Source: Clostridia bacterium | Lineage (GTDB): Bacteria; Bacillota; Clostridia; Christensenellales; UBA1242 | Reading direction: 5' to 3' | Assembly: GCA_045650505.1 (NCBI GenBank) | Contig: JAZRRE010000031.1 | Location: 95,885-159,884 of the forward strand | Length of the DNA: 64,000 nt | Shown here: positions 19,424 to 29,745 of the stretch, one piece after another | Position numbering within the stretch: position 1 is the first letter of the stretch | Layout of the letters: each line of letters begins with the position of its first letter | Translations under genes and position numbers: made by a program | Notes under the pieces: generated by a model | The model's input: only the letters and a program-made list of their open reading frames with translations | Told to the model about the DNA's origin: nothing | The model's database searches: none

Positions 19424-21955
19424 ATGGCAAAGAAAAGAGATTATAGTTTAGAACATGAAAAAATCATTGACAACACAGTCATTCATCCTGTTGAAATCAA
19501 TGATGAAATGAAAAAAAGTTTCATTGCTTATGCAATGGCTGTTAACGTTTCAAGAGCCATTCCTGATGTTAGAGATGGTTTGAAACCGGTTCACAGAAGA
19601 ATTTTATATTCAATGAATGAAGTGGGAATCACTTCTGATAAACCACATAAAAAATGTGCGAGAATCGTCGGTGACGTTCTTGGAAAATATCACCCACATG
19701 GTGACAGTTCAGTTTATGGCGCACTTGTTAGACTTGCGCAAGATTTTGCAATTCGTTATCAACTTGTTGAAGGTCACGGAAACTTCGGTTCTGTTGATGG
19801 TGACCCACCAGCAGCTTATCGTTACACTGAAGCAAGACTTTCAAAGCTTGCAGGTGAAATGCTTCGAGATATCGACAAAGAAACCGTTGATTTCTCACCA
19901 AACTTCGATGCAACTTTAAAGCAACCTGATGTGCTTCCAGCAAGATTCCCAAACCTTCTTGTTAATGGTTCAGATGGTATCGCGGTTGGTATGGCAACAA
20001 ACATTCCACCACACAACCTTAACGAAGTTGTCAACGCAACAATCGCAGTACTTAATAACCCAGAAATCACAATCGAAGAAATTATGGAAATTATGCCAGC
20101 ACCTGATTATCCAACAGGTGGCGTGATTATGGGCACTGATGCACTCCGTCAAGCATACCTCACAGGTAAAGGCGGTGTGGTTATTCGTTCAAAAACCGAA
20201 ATTGAAGAAGATAATGATGGCAAATCAAGAATCGTAGTAACCGAAATTCCTTATCAAGTGAATAAGGCTGAAATGATTAAGCAAATCGCTGAAATGGTTA
20301 AAAATAAGCGTATTGAAGGCATTAGTGATATCAAAGAAGAATCTGATAGACACGGTATGCGTTTGGTGTTTGATGTTAAGCGTGATGCAAATGCACAAGT
20401 TGTGCTTAACACACTCTTTAAAAAGACACAACTTCAATGCTCTTATGGCATTAATTTCTTGGCTCTTGTTGATGGTTATCCAAGAGTTTTAAACATTAAG
20501 CAAATTTTAGAAAATTATATTGCTCACCAAAAAGAAGTTATTTATAGAAGAACAAAGTTTGATTTAAACAAAGCTGAAGAAAGAGAACATATCATTGAAG
20601 GCTTGGTTGTGGCTCTTGCAAATATTGATGAAGTTATCAAAATCATCAAGGCTTCAAAAGATAGAGAAGAGGCTTCAAACAGTCTTCAATCAGCATTTAT
20701 GCTTTCAGCAGTTCAAGCTGGTGCTATTCTTGATATGCGTCTTCAAAGACTCACAAGCCTTGAAGTTGAAAAACTCAACAACGAACTTGCTGACCTTCGA
20801 GCACTCATCATTGAACTTAAAGGCATTCTTGCTAGCGAAGAAAAAATTAAAGGCGTTATTGCTAAAGAACTTGGTGAAGTTTGTGAACAATATGGTGATG
20901 AAAGAAAGACAGAAGTTGATTACACTTCTTCAACTGACATCAATATTGAAGACCTCATTGAAAAAGAAGATGTTGTTATTTCAATGACACACTTTGGATA
21001 TGTTAAACGTATCCCTGTGACTGAATATAAACAACAACACCGTGGTGGAATGGGCACAACAACCCACAAGCCAAAAGAAGAAGACTTTGTTGAACATATG
21101 TTCATTTGCTCAACACATGACACACTTATGTTCTTCACAAATAAAGGTAAGGTTTATTCACTCAAAGGTTATGATATTCCTGAAGAGCAAAAGACAGCAA
21201 GGGGAAGAAACCTTGTGAATCTTTTAGAGCTTGAAAAAGAAGAAAGAGTTCAAGCAATTCTTCCAAAAATGCCAGAAAATAAAGGCTTTATTATGATGGC
21301 AACCCGTGATGGTCTTGTGAAGAAAACTCCTGCTGAAGAATTTGAAAGCATTAGAAAAACCGGAAAAATCGCTATCGCACTTGGTGGTAGTGATGAACTT
21401 GTGAATGTTGAATACACCGCTGGTGAAGACACTGTTATGGTTGCAACATTTAACGGAAAATGTATAAGATTCCCAGAAACCGATTGCAGACCTCTTGGTC
21501 GTGACACAATGGGTGTTAAGGCTATTGACCTTGAGCGTGGTGATTATATTGTTGATATGCTTGTTTACAAAGAAGGCAAAGACATTTTAACAATCACAGA
21601 AAAAGGCTATGGCAAGAGAACTGATGTTAGTGAATATAAAGTTCAAAACAGAAACGGAAAGGGTATTAAAGCCGGCATTTTCAACGAAAAAACCGGAAGA
21701 CTTGTTGGTCTTAAACAAGTTAGTGAAGATGAAGATGTAATGATTATTGCAAACAACGGAATCATCATTAGAACTCCAGCAAATGCAATTTCAAGAATCA
21801 CTCGTGACACCATTGGTGTTAAGGTTATGCGTCTTAAAGAGGGCGACAGCGTTTCTTGCGTTGCTATTGCAGACACCGTTGCTGAAGACATCACTGGTGA
21901 AACCGATGAAGACCCAATCATTATTGATGAACCAATCGTGACTGATGCAGAATAA
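19424..21955 (+). CDS. gyrA: DNA gyrase subunit A
   Basis: [12 protein letters not shown] and the active-site region [10 protein letters not shown] (the quinolone-resistance-determining region in other species). GyrA-box-like QQHRGGMG. Confidence 0.98.
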   Translation: MAKKRDYSLEHEKIIDNTVIHPVEINDEMKKSFIAYAMAVNVSRAIPDVRDGLKPVHRRILYSMNEVGITSDKPHKKCARIVGDVLGKYHPHGDSSVYGALVRLAQDFAIRYQLVEGHGNFGSVDGDPPAAYRYTEARLSKLAGEMLRDIDKETVDFSPNFDATLKQPDVLPARFPNLLVNGSDGIAVGMATNIPPHNLNEVVNATIAVLNNPEITIEEIMEIMPAPDYPTGGVIMGTDALRQAYLTGKGGVVIRSKTEIEEDNDGKSRIVVTEIPYQVNKAEMIKQIAEMVKNKRIEGISDIKEESDRHGMRLVFDVKRDANAQVVLNTLFKKTQLQCSYGINFLALVDGYPRVLNIKQILENYIAHQKEVIYRRTKFDLNKAEEREHIIEGLVVALANIDEVIKIIKASKDREEASNSLQSAFMLSAVQAGAILDMRLQRLTSLEVEKLNNELADLRALIIELKGILASEEKIKGVIAKELGEVCEQYGDERKTEVDYTSSTDINIEDLIEKEDVVISMTHFGYVKRIPVTEYKQQHRGGMGTTTHKPKEEDFVEHMFICSTHDTLMFFTNKGKVYSLKGYDIPEEQKTARGRNLVNLLELEKEERVQAILPKMPENKGFIMMATRDGLVKKTPAEEFESIRKTGKIAIALGGSDELVNVEYTAGEDTVMVATFNGKCIRFPETDCRPLGRDTMGVKAIDLERGDYIVDMLVYKEGKDILTITEKGYGKRTDVSEYKVQNRNGKGIKAGIFNEKTGRLVGLKQVSEDEDVMIIANNGIIIRTPANAISRITRDTIGVKVMRLKEGDSVSCVAIADTVAEDITGETDEDPIIIDEPIVTDAE

Positions 21956-21965
21956 TAAATAAAAC

Positions 21966-22015
21966 AAAAAGAATGGCAACCCCCAATCAAGCGGGCTTCA
22001 GCCATTCTTTTTTTA
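21966..22015 (+). terminator. gyrA terminator
   Basis: Stem AAGAATGGC/GCCATTCTT with a structured loop, then T7. Confidence 0.75.
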
Positions 22016-22073
22016 TGCAGTCATAAATATAAAAAAATAATCAAAAAATAAAAATAAAATGAAAAAAATACAT

Positions 22074-22104
22074 AAAAAAAGAACAGGCAAAACCTGTTCT
22101 TTTA
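22074..22104 (-). terminator. terminator of the minus-strand 506-aa/148-aa unit
   Basis: Stem GAACAGG/CCTGTTC followed by T7 on the minus strand. Confidence 0.8.
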
Positions 22105-22113
22105 TGTTTTAAA

Positions 22114-22560
22114 CTATTTATCTTCTTTTGCTAATTGTTTAAGAATAGCATCAATTTCTGCAAATTTAGCCTTTTGAGCCTCATTAAGAACTGCAGATTT
22201 TTCTTTTTCGATATCAGCAATAGAAACTTTTTCAGTTCCAGCTGGTGGAACTTCATCAATAGTGTCAAGAAGGGCACTCATTGAAACAATTTGGTCAAAG
22301 AATTTTGGGTCTGTTTTTTGAAGATTCATAAACTTATTGAAAGTTCCTTCAAGGTCTTCTGATGGTGCAAAAACAGCATCAAATTTTTCAAAGAAAGCAT
22401 CAATTTCTTTTTCATCATCAGGCATAACATCACTTGCTTGGCAAATTGCTTCAGCGGTTTCAACAATTTCAAGTTCTTCAGGTGTAAAATCAAGTTCAGC
22501 AAGTTCTTTTTCTGTGAATACTGTTGAAAGTATTGATTTATTTTCATTATTCTTTTTCAT
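22114..22560 (-). CDS. hypothetical acidic protein (148 aa)
   Basis: Start trimmed to the ATG at 22560, preceded by TAGGAGAAAATAT. The longer ORF would overlap the upstream gene by 65 nt. No family recognised. Confidence 0.7.
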   Translation of the reverse strand: MKKNNENKSILSTVFTEKELAELDFTPEELEIVETAEAICQASDVMPDDEKEIDAFFEKFDAVFAPSEDLEGTFNKFMNLQKTDPKFFDQIVSMSALLDTIDEVPPAGTEKVSIADIEKEKSAVLNEAQKAKFAEIDAILKQLAKEDK

Positions 22561-22585
22561 ATATTTTCTCCTAATTTCTTTAAAA

Positions 22586-24106
22586 TTATTTAACCATACC
22601 GGTTCTTGCGGCATTTCTTTCAGCAAGAATACCAGCTTTTCCAGCTTCAATTAAAACTGAATATTTGTGGCAAAGTTGTTCGCCATCTAATTCATTACCA
22701 GCATTATCTTTGTTGATATCAATTGCTTTACAAGCTTTTTCAATAGCTTCTCTATATTCGCTCAATCCATTTAAATCATTTGTTTCATCGTTTAAATCAT
22801 ATTTAGAACCATCGATTTCAAGTTCATCACCAGTAATTTTAAATTCACCAGCAAGCTCTCTATCTTTCAATTCTTTTTTAGCATTGTTGATTTCTTGGTT
22901 ATGTTTCTTTGCAGATAAAAGTTGATACATTTCTGTAAGTTCAGTAGAGAATGTGGTGTAATCAGCAGCAGCAATTCCTGCTTTTGGTGTTGCAGAAGGG
23001 CCGATGATTGATTCAACAAATTCAGTTGCACCTTTTGAGCCAACCAATTTACTAATAGCCTCTAAATTACCTGATTTCATAGCATCATAAGCTGTTTTAA
23101 GGTCAATAATTTCAGGAATAGAAGTTACTGCAAAAACAGTTTCTCCTGGGGTTGGTTCAGCTTTAGGAGGTTGTTTTGATTTATCACTCAATTTTCTAAT
23201 TTCTTCATAAGCAGCATATTTTGAAATAGCTTCCACACAGTCTGCACTGCCCATTGCAGTTACCAAAAGAGCTTGAAGTGCTTGAGTTTCATTAGCTTTA
23301 ATTTGAGCTCTTGCAGCTGAAAGAATTTTATTTGCTTGAGTAATAGTTGCTGGGTCGTTATTAGGATTCATAGCAACTTCTGATAAATATTCAAAAGTTG
23401 ATAAATCTGTTGTTGCACTAGCAACAAGTTTTTTGAATGCAGCTGCATTTGTTGCACTGCTTGCCACGTGTTCGTGGTCATAAGCTGTTCCTTTGTTCAT
23501 TTCATTTTCAGCTTCTTGTTTAGCTGCAGCATTTTGTTCTAATTTTCTTCTAATAGCCTTTTTAGCAATAACACCAGCAATCACAGCTGCGCCACCCAAA
23601 CCAGCGGCAGCTGCTGGATTTGCAACAATCCAACCAGGAACGGTTTCGAATAAGAAACTTCCAATATGAGCAATAACAGCTTTTTCTGCGCCTTTTTCTC
23701 CAACTTTTAAAGCCAAAAGTCCGCTCATAGAAATAGCACCGCCAAGCATAGCCACGCCATTTTCTGCACCGTTTTTAAATATCCAGTTCATAACATTTTG
23801 TTTATCTGTTGTAATTTGGTCAGTATTTCTTCCAAGAGCGGTCCAAATTTTACGAACTGAAACTGTGCTATCAGAAAGACTTTTCAAACGACTATCTTTC
23901 TTATATTTTCTAAAGAGTTTCAAGGTTTTTTCTTTTTGAACTTGAAGTCTTTTAACTTGTTTTTCTGTTGATTTTCTTGTTTTTTCAGAGAGTTTACCTT
24001 TTTCAATTTTCTCATTCAAAACTTTGATAGCTTGGTCAATATCGCCAACGGTTCTATTGTCAAGTTCAGTTAATAAAGCATCTCTTTGTGGCACTTTTTT
24101 TACCAT
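22586..24106 (-). CDS. hypothetical protein (506 aa): coiled-coil N-terminus, Gly/Ala-rich hydrophobic core, long Ala-rich helical C-terminus
   Basis: AAGGAG lies 12 nt upstream. Hydrophobic stretch VAMLGGAISMSGLLALKV...GWIVANPAAAAGLGGAAVIAGVIA. Codon style matches the core genes (GCT/CTT rich). No family recognised. Confidence 0.75.
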   Translation of the reverse strand: MVKKVPQRDALLTELDNRTVGDIDQAIKVLNEKIEKGKLSEKTRKSTEKQVKRLQVQKEKTLKLFRKYKKDSRLKSLSDSTVSVRKIWTALGRNTDQITTDKQNVMNWIFKNGAENGVAMLGGAISMSGLLALKVGEKGAEKAVIAHIGSFLFETVPGWIVANPAAAAGLGGAAVIAGVIAKKAIRRKLEQNAAAKQEAENEMNKGTAYDHEHVASSATNAAAFKKLVASATTDLSTFEYLSEVAMNPNNDPATITQANKILSAARAQIKANETQALQALLVTAMGSADCVEAISKYAAYEEIRKLSDKSKQPPKAEPTPGETVFAVTSIPEIIDLKTAYDAMKSGNLEAISKLVGSKGATEFVESIIGPSATPKAGIAAADYTTFSTELTEMYQLLSAKKHNQEINNAKKELKDRELAGEFKITGDELEIDGSKYDLNDETNDLNGLSEYREAIEKACKAIDINKDNAGNELDGEQLCHKYSVLIEAGKAGILAERNAARTGMVK

Positions 24107-24291
24107 AATTTATATAATCTCCTTAATTTTAATTATTAACAATATTTGTCACTATGATTATTTTGGAATATTTTTTGTGATTAGTCAACAAAAATAGGGG
24201 TTATTTGCCATTTTTAATTATATTTGTATAATAAAAAGTTCCCAAAATAACCAATTTTTAAATAGTTTGGAAAATTTTTAACAAAATTTAA

Positions 24292-24330
24292 CCAAAAAAC
24301 AAAATCACCCCATAAGAATTGGGGTGATTT
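24292..24330 (-). terminator. terminator after the 43-aa ORF
   Basis: Stem ATCACCCC/GGGGTGAT followed by a T-run on the minus strand. Confidence 0.8.
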
Positions 24331-24334
24331 TATT

Positions 24335-24466
24335 TTATTTTGTTTCTCCATATTTTTTGTCAAGCTCATCAAGTGATTTTTTGTAATCTTCACAAATCTT
24401 GTTTACAGTTTTGCGAAAATTTTCTGTGATTCTTTCAAATTCTTTCATAATTTCTTTATTTTCCAT
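24335..24466 (-). CDS. small ORF missing from the ORF track (43 aa: MENKEIMKEFERITENFRKTVNKICEDYKKSLDELDKKYGETK)
   Basis: GGAGGA lies 4 nt upstream of the ATG. The ORF starts 18 nt after the 398-aa gene stop and is followed by a terminator. Confidence 0.5.
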   Translation of the reverse strand: MENKEIMKEFERITENFRKTVNKICEDYKKSLDELDKKYGETK

Positions 24467-24484
24467 AATATCCTCCAAACAAGA

Positions 24485-25681
24485 TTATTCATCACCTGGT
24501 TCAGGTTCTTTTGCGCCTTTCAAAATTTCGGCTTTAATTTTCTTTGCATCTGCTATAACTTTGTGATATAAAGCAGAAATTTCTTTTTTTGTAGGGTTTT
24601 TGAGCTTCAATGAAGCAGGGATTTTTCCACTTGTTAAAAATTCTGCAATTTCTGCTTCTGGAACATCAATACCAGATAAAACCATTTGTCTGAAAAGCAT
24701 TTGAACTTTTGTTTCATTTAAACCATTTAAAACTTGAGTCATTGCATCAGAGAATGCTTTAGCATCAATAAGTTTTTCAGCTGTTTCATCATGTTTAGCA
24801 GTTGCTTCACCAAGTTCACCTGTTTTTGCAACAACTTCTTCCATACGTCCAGAAATCATTTCGCCAACAGCACCATCTTTAGCTTTTTTAGAATCTCTCA
24901 TTGATTGTTTAAATCTATTAATAACCCCAAGGGCATCTTGAGCTTTAGTTCTGTGTGATGTTGCAAGTTCTTTTAATTCAGCAATCTTTGCTTCCATTTC
25001 AGCAGTTTTTGTTTTAGTTGATTCAATTTCTGCTGCCAAAGACTCAATTTTATTAGCAAGAAGTGTGTCAATGCATGCTGAAATTTCTGCTACAAACAAA
25101 CCAGCATTTGCTTCATAATTTTTCGTAATTTTAGCTTTTCTTAAAGGGTCACCTTCAGCAAATGACAAAGCTGATTGATATCTTCTAATAATAGCATCAG
25201 ATGATTTGCCAATAATTTCCATCAAGAAAGCATAACCTTTTGAATCTTGAACTCTTTCATCTTCAGCGATTTCAAGAGGGAATTCAATGAGGTCTTCAGA
25301 AATAAGTGCAGCCATTTTCTTGTGGTCATAATCACCAGCTTCAGCATTACCTTTTTTAGCAAGGTCAACAAAAGCACTTACAGTATCTTTCTTTTTTGCT
25401 TCAAATTCAGCTGATTCAATAGCTTTAGTAAGTCTTTCTTTTACATCTTCAGCTAAAAGACCAAGAGCGGCTTTTTTGCCTGGATAAGTTGAGCTTATAG
25501 CAAAAGCTTCAGCATTTGGTGCAGCTGCAAGGTCAGCTAAAAATTCAGCTTCTTCAATAGAGGCACTATTTTCAAAGAATGTAGGTTGAGTTTTATATTC
25601 TTTTCCTTTTTTAGGACCATCAACAAAGAAATATACTTTTTTGCTTTTTAATAGTCCTTTAGATTTTAATTCAATAGCCAT
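24485..25681 (-). CDS. hypothetical helical/coiled-coil protein (398 aa)
   Basis: Long ORF behind a perfect consensus promoter. GGAGGA lies 14 nt upstream of the ATG. Ala/Lys/Glu-rich. No family recognised. Confidence 0.75.
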   Translation of the reverse strand: MAIELKSKGLLKSKKVYFFVDGPKKGKEYKTQPTFFENSASIEEAEFLADLAAAPNAEAFAISSTYPGKKAALGLLAEDVKERLTKAIESAEFEAKKKDTVSAFVDLAKKGNAEAGDYDHKKMAALISEDLIEFPLEIAEDERVQDSKGYAFLMEIIGKSSDAIIRRYQSALSFAEGDPLRKAKITKNYEANAGLFVAEISACIDTLLANKIESLAAEIESTKTKTAEMEAKIAELKELATSHRTKAQDALGVINRFKQSMRDSKKAKDGAVGEMISGRMEEVVAKTGELGEATAKHDETAEKLIDAKAFSDAMTQVLNGLNETKVQMLFRQMVLSGIDVPEAEIAEFLTSGKIPASLKLKNPTKKEISALYHKVIADAKKIKAEILKGAKEPEPGDE

Positions 25682-25717
25682 AATTTATTAATTTTTCCTC
25701 CTTTATGGTATGGCTTA

Positions 25718-25746
25718 ATTATATAACTTTTTGGGGTGCAAGTCAA
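25718..25746 (-). promoter_or_regulatory. consensus promoter of the 398-aa gene
   Basis: On the minus strand: TTGACT (25746-25741), a 17-nt spacer, then TATAAT (25723-25718). Confidence 0.7.
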
Positions 25747-25892
25747 TAAATTTAAGAAAATAATTATAAAGTTAGAACTATTCGGCGTGTAAAAGTGCTA
25801 TTTTTCAGGGTTTATGCGTTTAAATATTTTATGAAATATTTAAAAATTTTTGCTTAATGTCACAAAAAACGACAAAATTTTATTCAAAAAAG

Positions 25893-25921
25893 AAAAAATC
25901 TACCGAAAATGGTAGATTTTT
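25893..25921. terminator. terminator after dnaI (palindromic, bidirectional form)
   Basis: Stem ATCTACC/GGTAGAT flanked by an A-run and a T-run. Confidence 0.8.
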
Positions 25922-25955
25922 GAGTATGTTCAAATTAACCAAAAATTATTTGGAC

Positions 25956-26903
25956 TTAAGAATTTATTCCTCTAAGGTCGTCGCCGTCAAGGTGGAAAAC
26001 ATTGCAGGTTTTCTTGCTGGTGAGTCTTGAATAAATGCGTTCGCCATATCTGTCTAAAATGTCTTCTGGCATTAGGTTTGTTGTGATAATAACAGGCTTG
26101 TTAAATCTTTCACGCTCTGAAAGAACTAAAAAGAGATAGTTCAAGGTCACATTGTTGATAAGTGGCTCTGTGCCAAGGTCATCAATAAACAAAAAGTCGC
26201 TTTCAAGAAGTGGAATCAAATGTGAGTTTTTTGTTTCATTAAAAGTGGTGTGATAAGCAAGCATCATATTGTTCATATCAAAAGCAGACACAAAACAAAC
26301 TGAATGATTTTTTTGAATCATAAAACTTGCAAGGCACTCTGTGATGAAAGTTTTTCCAACACCAACTTTTCCTGAAAAAACAAGATTGCGTTTTTTAACA
26401 TTAGGGTAGGTATTTGCCCATTTTTCTATCAAAGTTTTAAGTTTTTCAAGATTTTTTGATTGAGTTTTATCCTTGCAAATATTTGTATCAAATTTGTCAA
26501 AGGTCGCAAGTTTAGAAGCATCGATTCCAGATGCTTTCACAAGTTCTGCGTTTCTTCTTCTAACAAAGCAAGAGCAAAGTCTTCCTGAAAAAACACCTGT
26601 GTCGTTGCAGTCTTTGCAATCGAACTGCGGAAGAAGGTCGTCAGGTGTCATTTTTGCGGCTTTCAAAAGGTCAAGTTTTTGCTTTCTTATTGTTTTCAAA
26701 ACCTTTGAAAGTTCAGCAGTTTTTTTGTTTGCTGATTCTGCTTTTGCAAGTTCAAAAATAACTTCTTTTTCAAGTTTGATAAGATGCATAAAAGCAGGGA
26801 TTTTTGTGAGTTTATCCCTGTTATCGTTTGCTTTTTTTTCAGCTTTAATGCGTTTTCTTGCAAACTCATTTTGAATTTTTTTGTTTATTTCTTGATAGTT
26901 CAT
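25956..26903 (-). CDS. dnaI: primosomal helicase loader DnaI/DnaC-like AAA+ ATPase
   Basis: Walker A GKVGVGKTF, Walker B FLFIDDLG, N-terminal Cys cluster CKDCNDTG...CSC as in DnaI. Confidence 0.85.
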   Translation of the reverse strand: MNYQEINKKIQNEFARKRIKAEKKANDNRDKLTKIPAFMHLIKLEKEVIFELAKAESANKKTAELSKVLKTIRKQKLDLLKAAKMTPDDLLPQFDCKDCNDTGVFSGRLCSCFVRRRNAELVKASGIDASKLATFDKFDTNICKDKTQSKNLEKLKTLIEKWANTYPNVKKRNLVFSGKVGVGKTFITECLASFMIQKNHSVCFVSAFDMNNMMLAYHTTFNETKNSHLIPLLESDFLFIDDLGTEPLINNVTLNYLFLVLSERERFNKPVIITTNLMPEDILDRYGERIYSRLTSKKTCNVFHLDGDDLRGINS

Positions 26904-26926
26904 AATTTTCCTTAAAACATTATATT

Positions 26927-28387
26927 TTAAATTTCAATATCTTCAAGAGAAGTGAATACTGCAGAGAGTTGTTCTCTTGAATAATTGTGCTTTTCAAAGC
27001 TTTCTTGTTTTGCCGGTTTCGATGTTGTTTTTCTTGATTCCGGTTTAACTTCTTTAAGTTTTTCTTTGATGGTTTTTGTATCATTTGCACTTTGCTCATT
27101 AAGGTTTGCAATAACTTTGTTGAGATAGGTCATAGGGTTAGTTTTGTCTTTGGCTGTTTCAGCTGCAAGCAAAATTTGTTCGTGAGTGAACCCCCAACTA
27201 TCTGTCCAAGTTTTATAAAATTCTCTGTCTAAACTTGAAATGTTACGAATAAGACCGGTGGTGTCAATCACTTCTCTCACAAGTTCATCAGTCTTTAAAA
27301 TTCCTGAAATATATTGCTCAATTGAAGCAAGTGAAATAAGCCCAAGCTTAAAGAATTTTTGAACTGTGTTATTCATAGAACCAAGAGTTCTCAAATCTTG
27401 AGAAAAACAATAGTTGCTTATAAAAATAAGGGTGTCACTTTCATAGCCTTTATTTGTCCAATCAGCAATATATGTGTCAACAATGTTTTCAACATTTTGA
27501 TAGTAAAGCCCAAGTGTTTTTGAAACAGTTTTTGCAAGTTCAAACATAGAATCACGTTTTTCACTGAATGATAAAACTTCTTCCATTGTGAAAAGTTTTT
27601 GTTCGTAGTATTTAGACAAAAGTTCATCAAGTTTGGTGAATCCACCGTGTTTTTTTTGTGATTTTGCAACTTCAACAATAACTCCGTGAGTGAAACCAAA
27701 GCTGTTTTTCCATTTAAGATATAAGTTGCGTTCATCAATGTCAGCTTCACGTTTAAGCCCAAGAGCAGTTAAAATATGTTTGATTTCAATAGCAGACTTT
27801 TCTTGTTCAATAAGCTTTGCATCAACCGCGCTAACGGTTTTGATTCCTTGACTTTCAAAGTCGCGTGCCACTTTCATAATATAAGGATAACCAATTGAAG
27901 GACCGTGTATTGAAACACAATATTGTGCAATCAAAACAACTGCTTCTGGTTCAAAATGGTCAACTTCAATAAGTGTGTAATAGTTGTTATATTCTGTTGG
28001 GGTAATCATTCTGCCAGAAAGAACACCTTGAATTTGTTCATTAAAATCAGTGTATTTGTCTTTATTTCTAATTTTCATACTTCCAGAGTGAGCACGAACA
28101 GGAAGGTATCTCACTTCATAAGGATTTCTTGAAACCACTTGAACAAGCCCCACCATCTGCCAATAGTCAAAAGCTTTGAGCACTTGGTCTTCGGTGAGTG
28201 AAAGCATTTTGCAAATGGTGTTTAGTGAGTTTTCATCACTAGAAAGAGTGTTACAAAGAGTGAGCCCATAAAGATATACTTTCACATCATCACCGGTTGC
28301 TTGTGGCAAAAATTCATTAAAAAAATTATTGTCGATAACGGTATAGCCTTCGGTGTTAAGTTTGCTAGAGTATGAGCAAAGTGCCAT
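26927..28387 (-). CDS. DnaD-domain replication initiation/membrane attachment protein (B. subtilis DnaB-like)
   Basis: Two DnaD-type repeats (YLKWKNSFGFTHGVI and YKTWTDSWGFTHEQI). Start trimmed to MALCSY at 28387, preceded by AAGGAGA. Forms an operon with dnaI. Confidence 0.8.
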   Translation of the reverse strand: MALCSYSSKLNTEGYTVIDNNFFNEFLPQATGDDVKVYLYGLTLCNTLSSDENSLNTICKMLSLTEDQVLKAFDYWQMVGLVQVVSRNPYEVRYLPVRAHSGSMKIRNKDKYTDFNEQIQGVLSGRMITPTEYNNYYTLIEVDHFEPEAVVLIAQYCVSIHGPSIGYPYIMKVARDFESQGIKTVSAVDAKLIEQEKSAIEIKHILTALGLKREADIDERNLYLKWKNSFGFTHGVIVEVAKSQKKHGGFTKLDELLSKYYEQKLFTMEEVLSFSEKRDSMFELAKTVSKTLGLYYQNVENIVDTYIADWTNKGYESDTLIFISNYCFSQDLRTLGSMNNTVQKFFKLGLISLASIEQYISGILKTDELVREVIDTTGLIRNISSLDREFYKTWTDSWGFTHEQILLAAETAKDKTNPMTYLNKVIANLNEQSANDTKTIKEKLKEVKPESRKTTSKPAKQESFEKHNYSREQLSAVFTSLEDIEI

Positions 28388-28575
28388 TTTCTTTCTCCTT
28401 ATGAGTAGTTTTATGTTCAAGAGCAAAAACTAAAGCTAACATAACTTTGGTTTTATTGACTCTAAAATTAATTGCAATATTTTATAAACAAGTTTATAAT
28501 AACACTAATAGAGTGAAAATTCAACAACAAAATAAGACATTATTTTAAATTTAGTTGTTTTGCAGGAGATTTTAA

Positions 28576-29745
28576 ATGAAATTTTTACACACTGCCGATT
28601 GGCACTTGGGCGTTAAAACAAATGGTAGAGATAGGCTTATCGAACAAAAAAGAGTTATTGATGAAATTGTGTCGATTGCAACTTATGAAAATATTGACTG
28701 TGTTATTTTAGCAGGAGATATTTTCAACACAGCAAGCCCTTCTGCTGATGCTGAAGAATTATTTTTTGATGCAATTGAAAGGCTTTCTGCTGGTGGCGAA
28801 AGATTTGTTTTTGTGCTTGCGGGAAATCATGATGACCCAACCAGACTTGCAGCTGGTCTTCCTCTTGCAAGTAAGCATAATATTGCTATTGCAAGCGACC
28901 TTGAAAAGCTTAACGAAAAATCATTCAATAAAAATGGTGCGGTTAAACTTATTGAAACCGGAAAAGGTCATTTAAAAATTCAAAAAAATGAAGAGATTAT
29001 AACAATAGCATACCTTCCATATCCAAGTGAGTCAAGAATCAGTGTCAAATTAGACAGTGAGCTTTCTTATGCTGAAAAAGTTCAAAAATGGGCAGAAATT
29101 TCAGCAAGTGCATTTAGCAAAAACACATTCAATATTTTTGTTTCACATCTTTTTATGGTTGGTTCAAAAACCACAAGTGGAGAGGTTCGTGTGGGTGACA
29201 TTTTAGCAGTTCCAAAAAATTATCTTCCAAAAGCTGATTATACTGCACTTGGACACATTCATAAACCTCAAGCATTAGGAAATGATGCTTATTATTCAGG
29301 TGCAATCACTGCGCTTAATGCCGGTCAAAAAGATTTAAGTGTAAATGTATTTGAAACCGAAAATGGCAAGATGATTGATTTTAAAAATATCAAACTTCAA
29401 AATATTGCAAAATATGAAAAGGTGACAGTAAATTCAATTGCTGAAGCTGAAGAAAAACTTTTGGCATTTGATGATAAAGATATTGTTGAGCTTGAAATTG
29501 TGCAAAATGAACCACTTTCCGCTTCTGAAGTTAAATCACTTCGAAAAGCATTTTCTTGCATACTCACCATTTCGCTTGTGAGAAAGTTTGAAGAAAATGA
29601 AGGTGAAACTTATTCAAATAGAAGACATTTGACCGATGAGGAACTTTTTAAAGAATTTTATAAGTCAGTCAAAGGTATTGAGCCAGCAGCTGACTTAACT
29701 GAATTATTCATTTTATGCAAAGGAGAGGAAGATGAAGCCAATTAA
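28576..29745 (+). CDS. sbcD: exonuclease SbcD (Mre11 family)
   Basis: Phosphoesterase motifs HTADWHLG, LAGDIF, LAGNHD, GHIH. Confidence 0.9.
   Translation: MKFLHTADWHLGVKTNGRDRLIEQKRVIDEIVSIATYENIDCVILAGDIFNTASPSADAEELFFDAIERLSAGGERFVFVLAGNHDDPTRLAAGLPLASKHNIAIASDLEKLNEKSFNKNGAVKLIETGKGHLKIQKNEEIITIAYLPYPSESRISVKLDSELSYAEKVQKWAEISASAFSKNTFNIFVSHLFMVGSKTTSGEVRVGDILAVPKNYLPKADYTALGHIHKPQALGNDAYYSGAITALNAGQKDLSVNVFETENGKMIDFKNIKLQNIAKYEKVTVNSIAEAEEKLLAFDDKDIVELEIVQNEPLSASEVKSLRKAFSCILTISLVRKFEENEGETYSNRRHLTDEELFKEFYKSVKGIEPAADLTELFILCKGEEDEAN

Noticed and set aside
25956-28387. The DnaD-domain plus DnaC/DnaI-like pair as a prophage or plasmid replication module
   Set aside because: No phage, integrase or plasmid genes are nearby. 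Codon usage is of the core type. The size (486 aa with two DnaD-type repeats, then a 315-aa loader with an N-terminal Cys cluster) and operon order match the chromosomal dnaB-dnaI operon of Bacillus.
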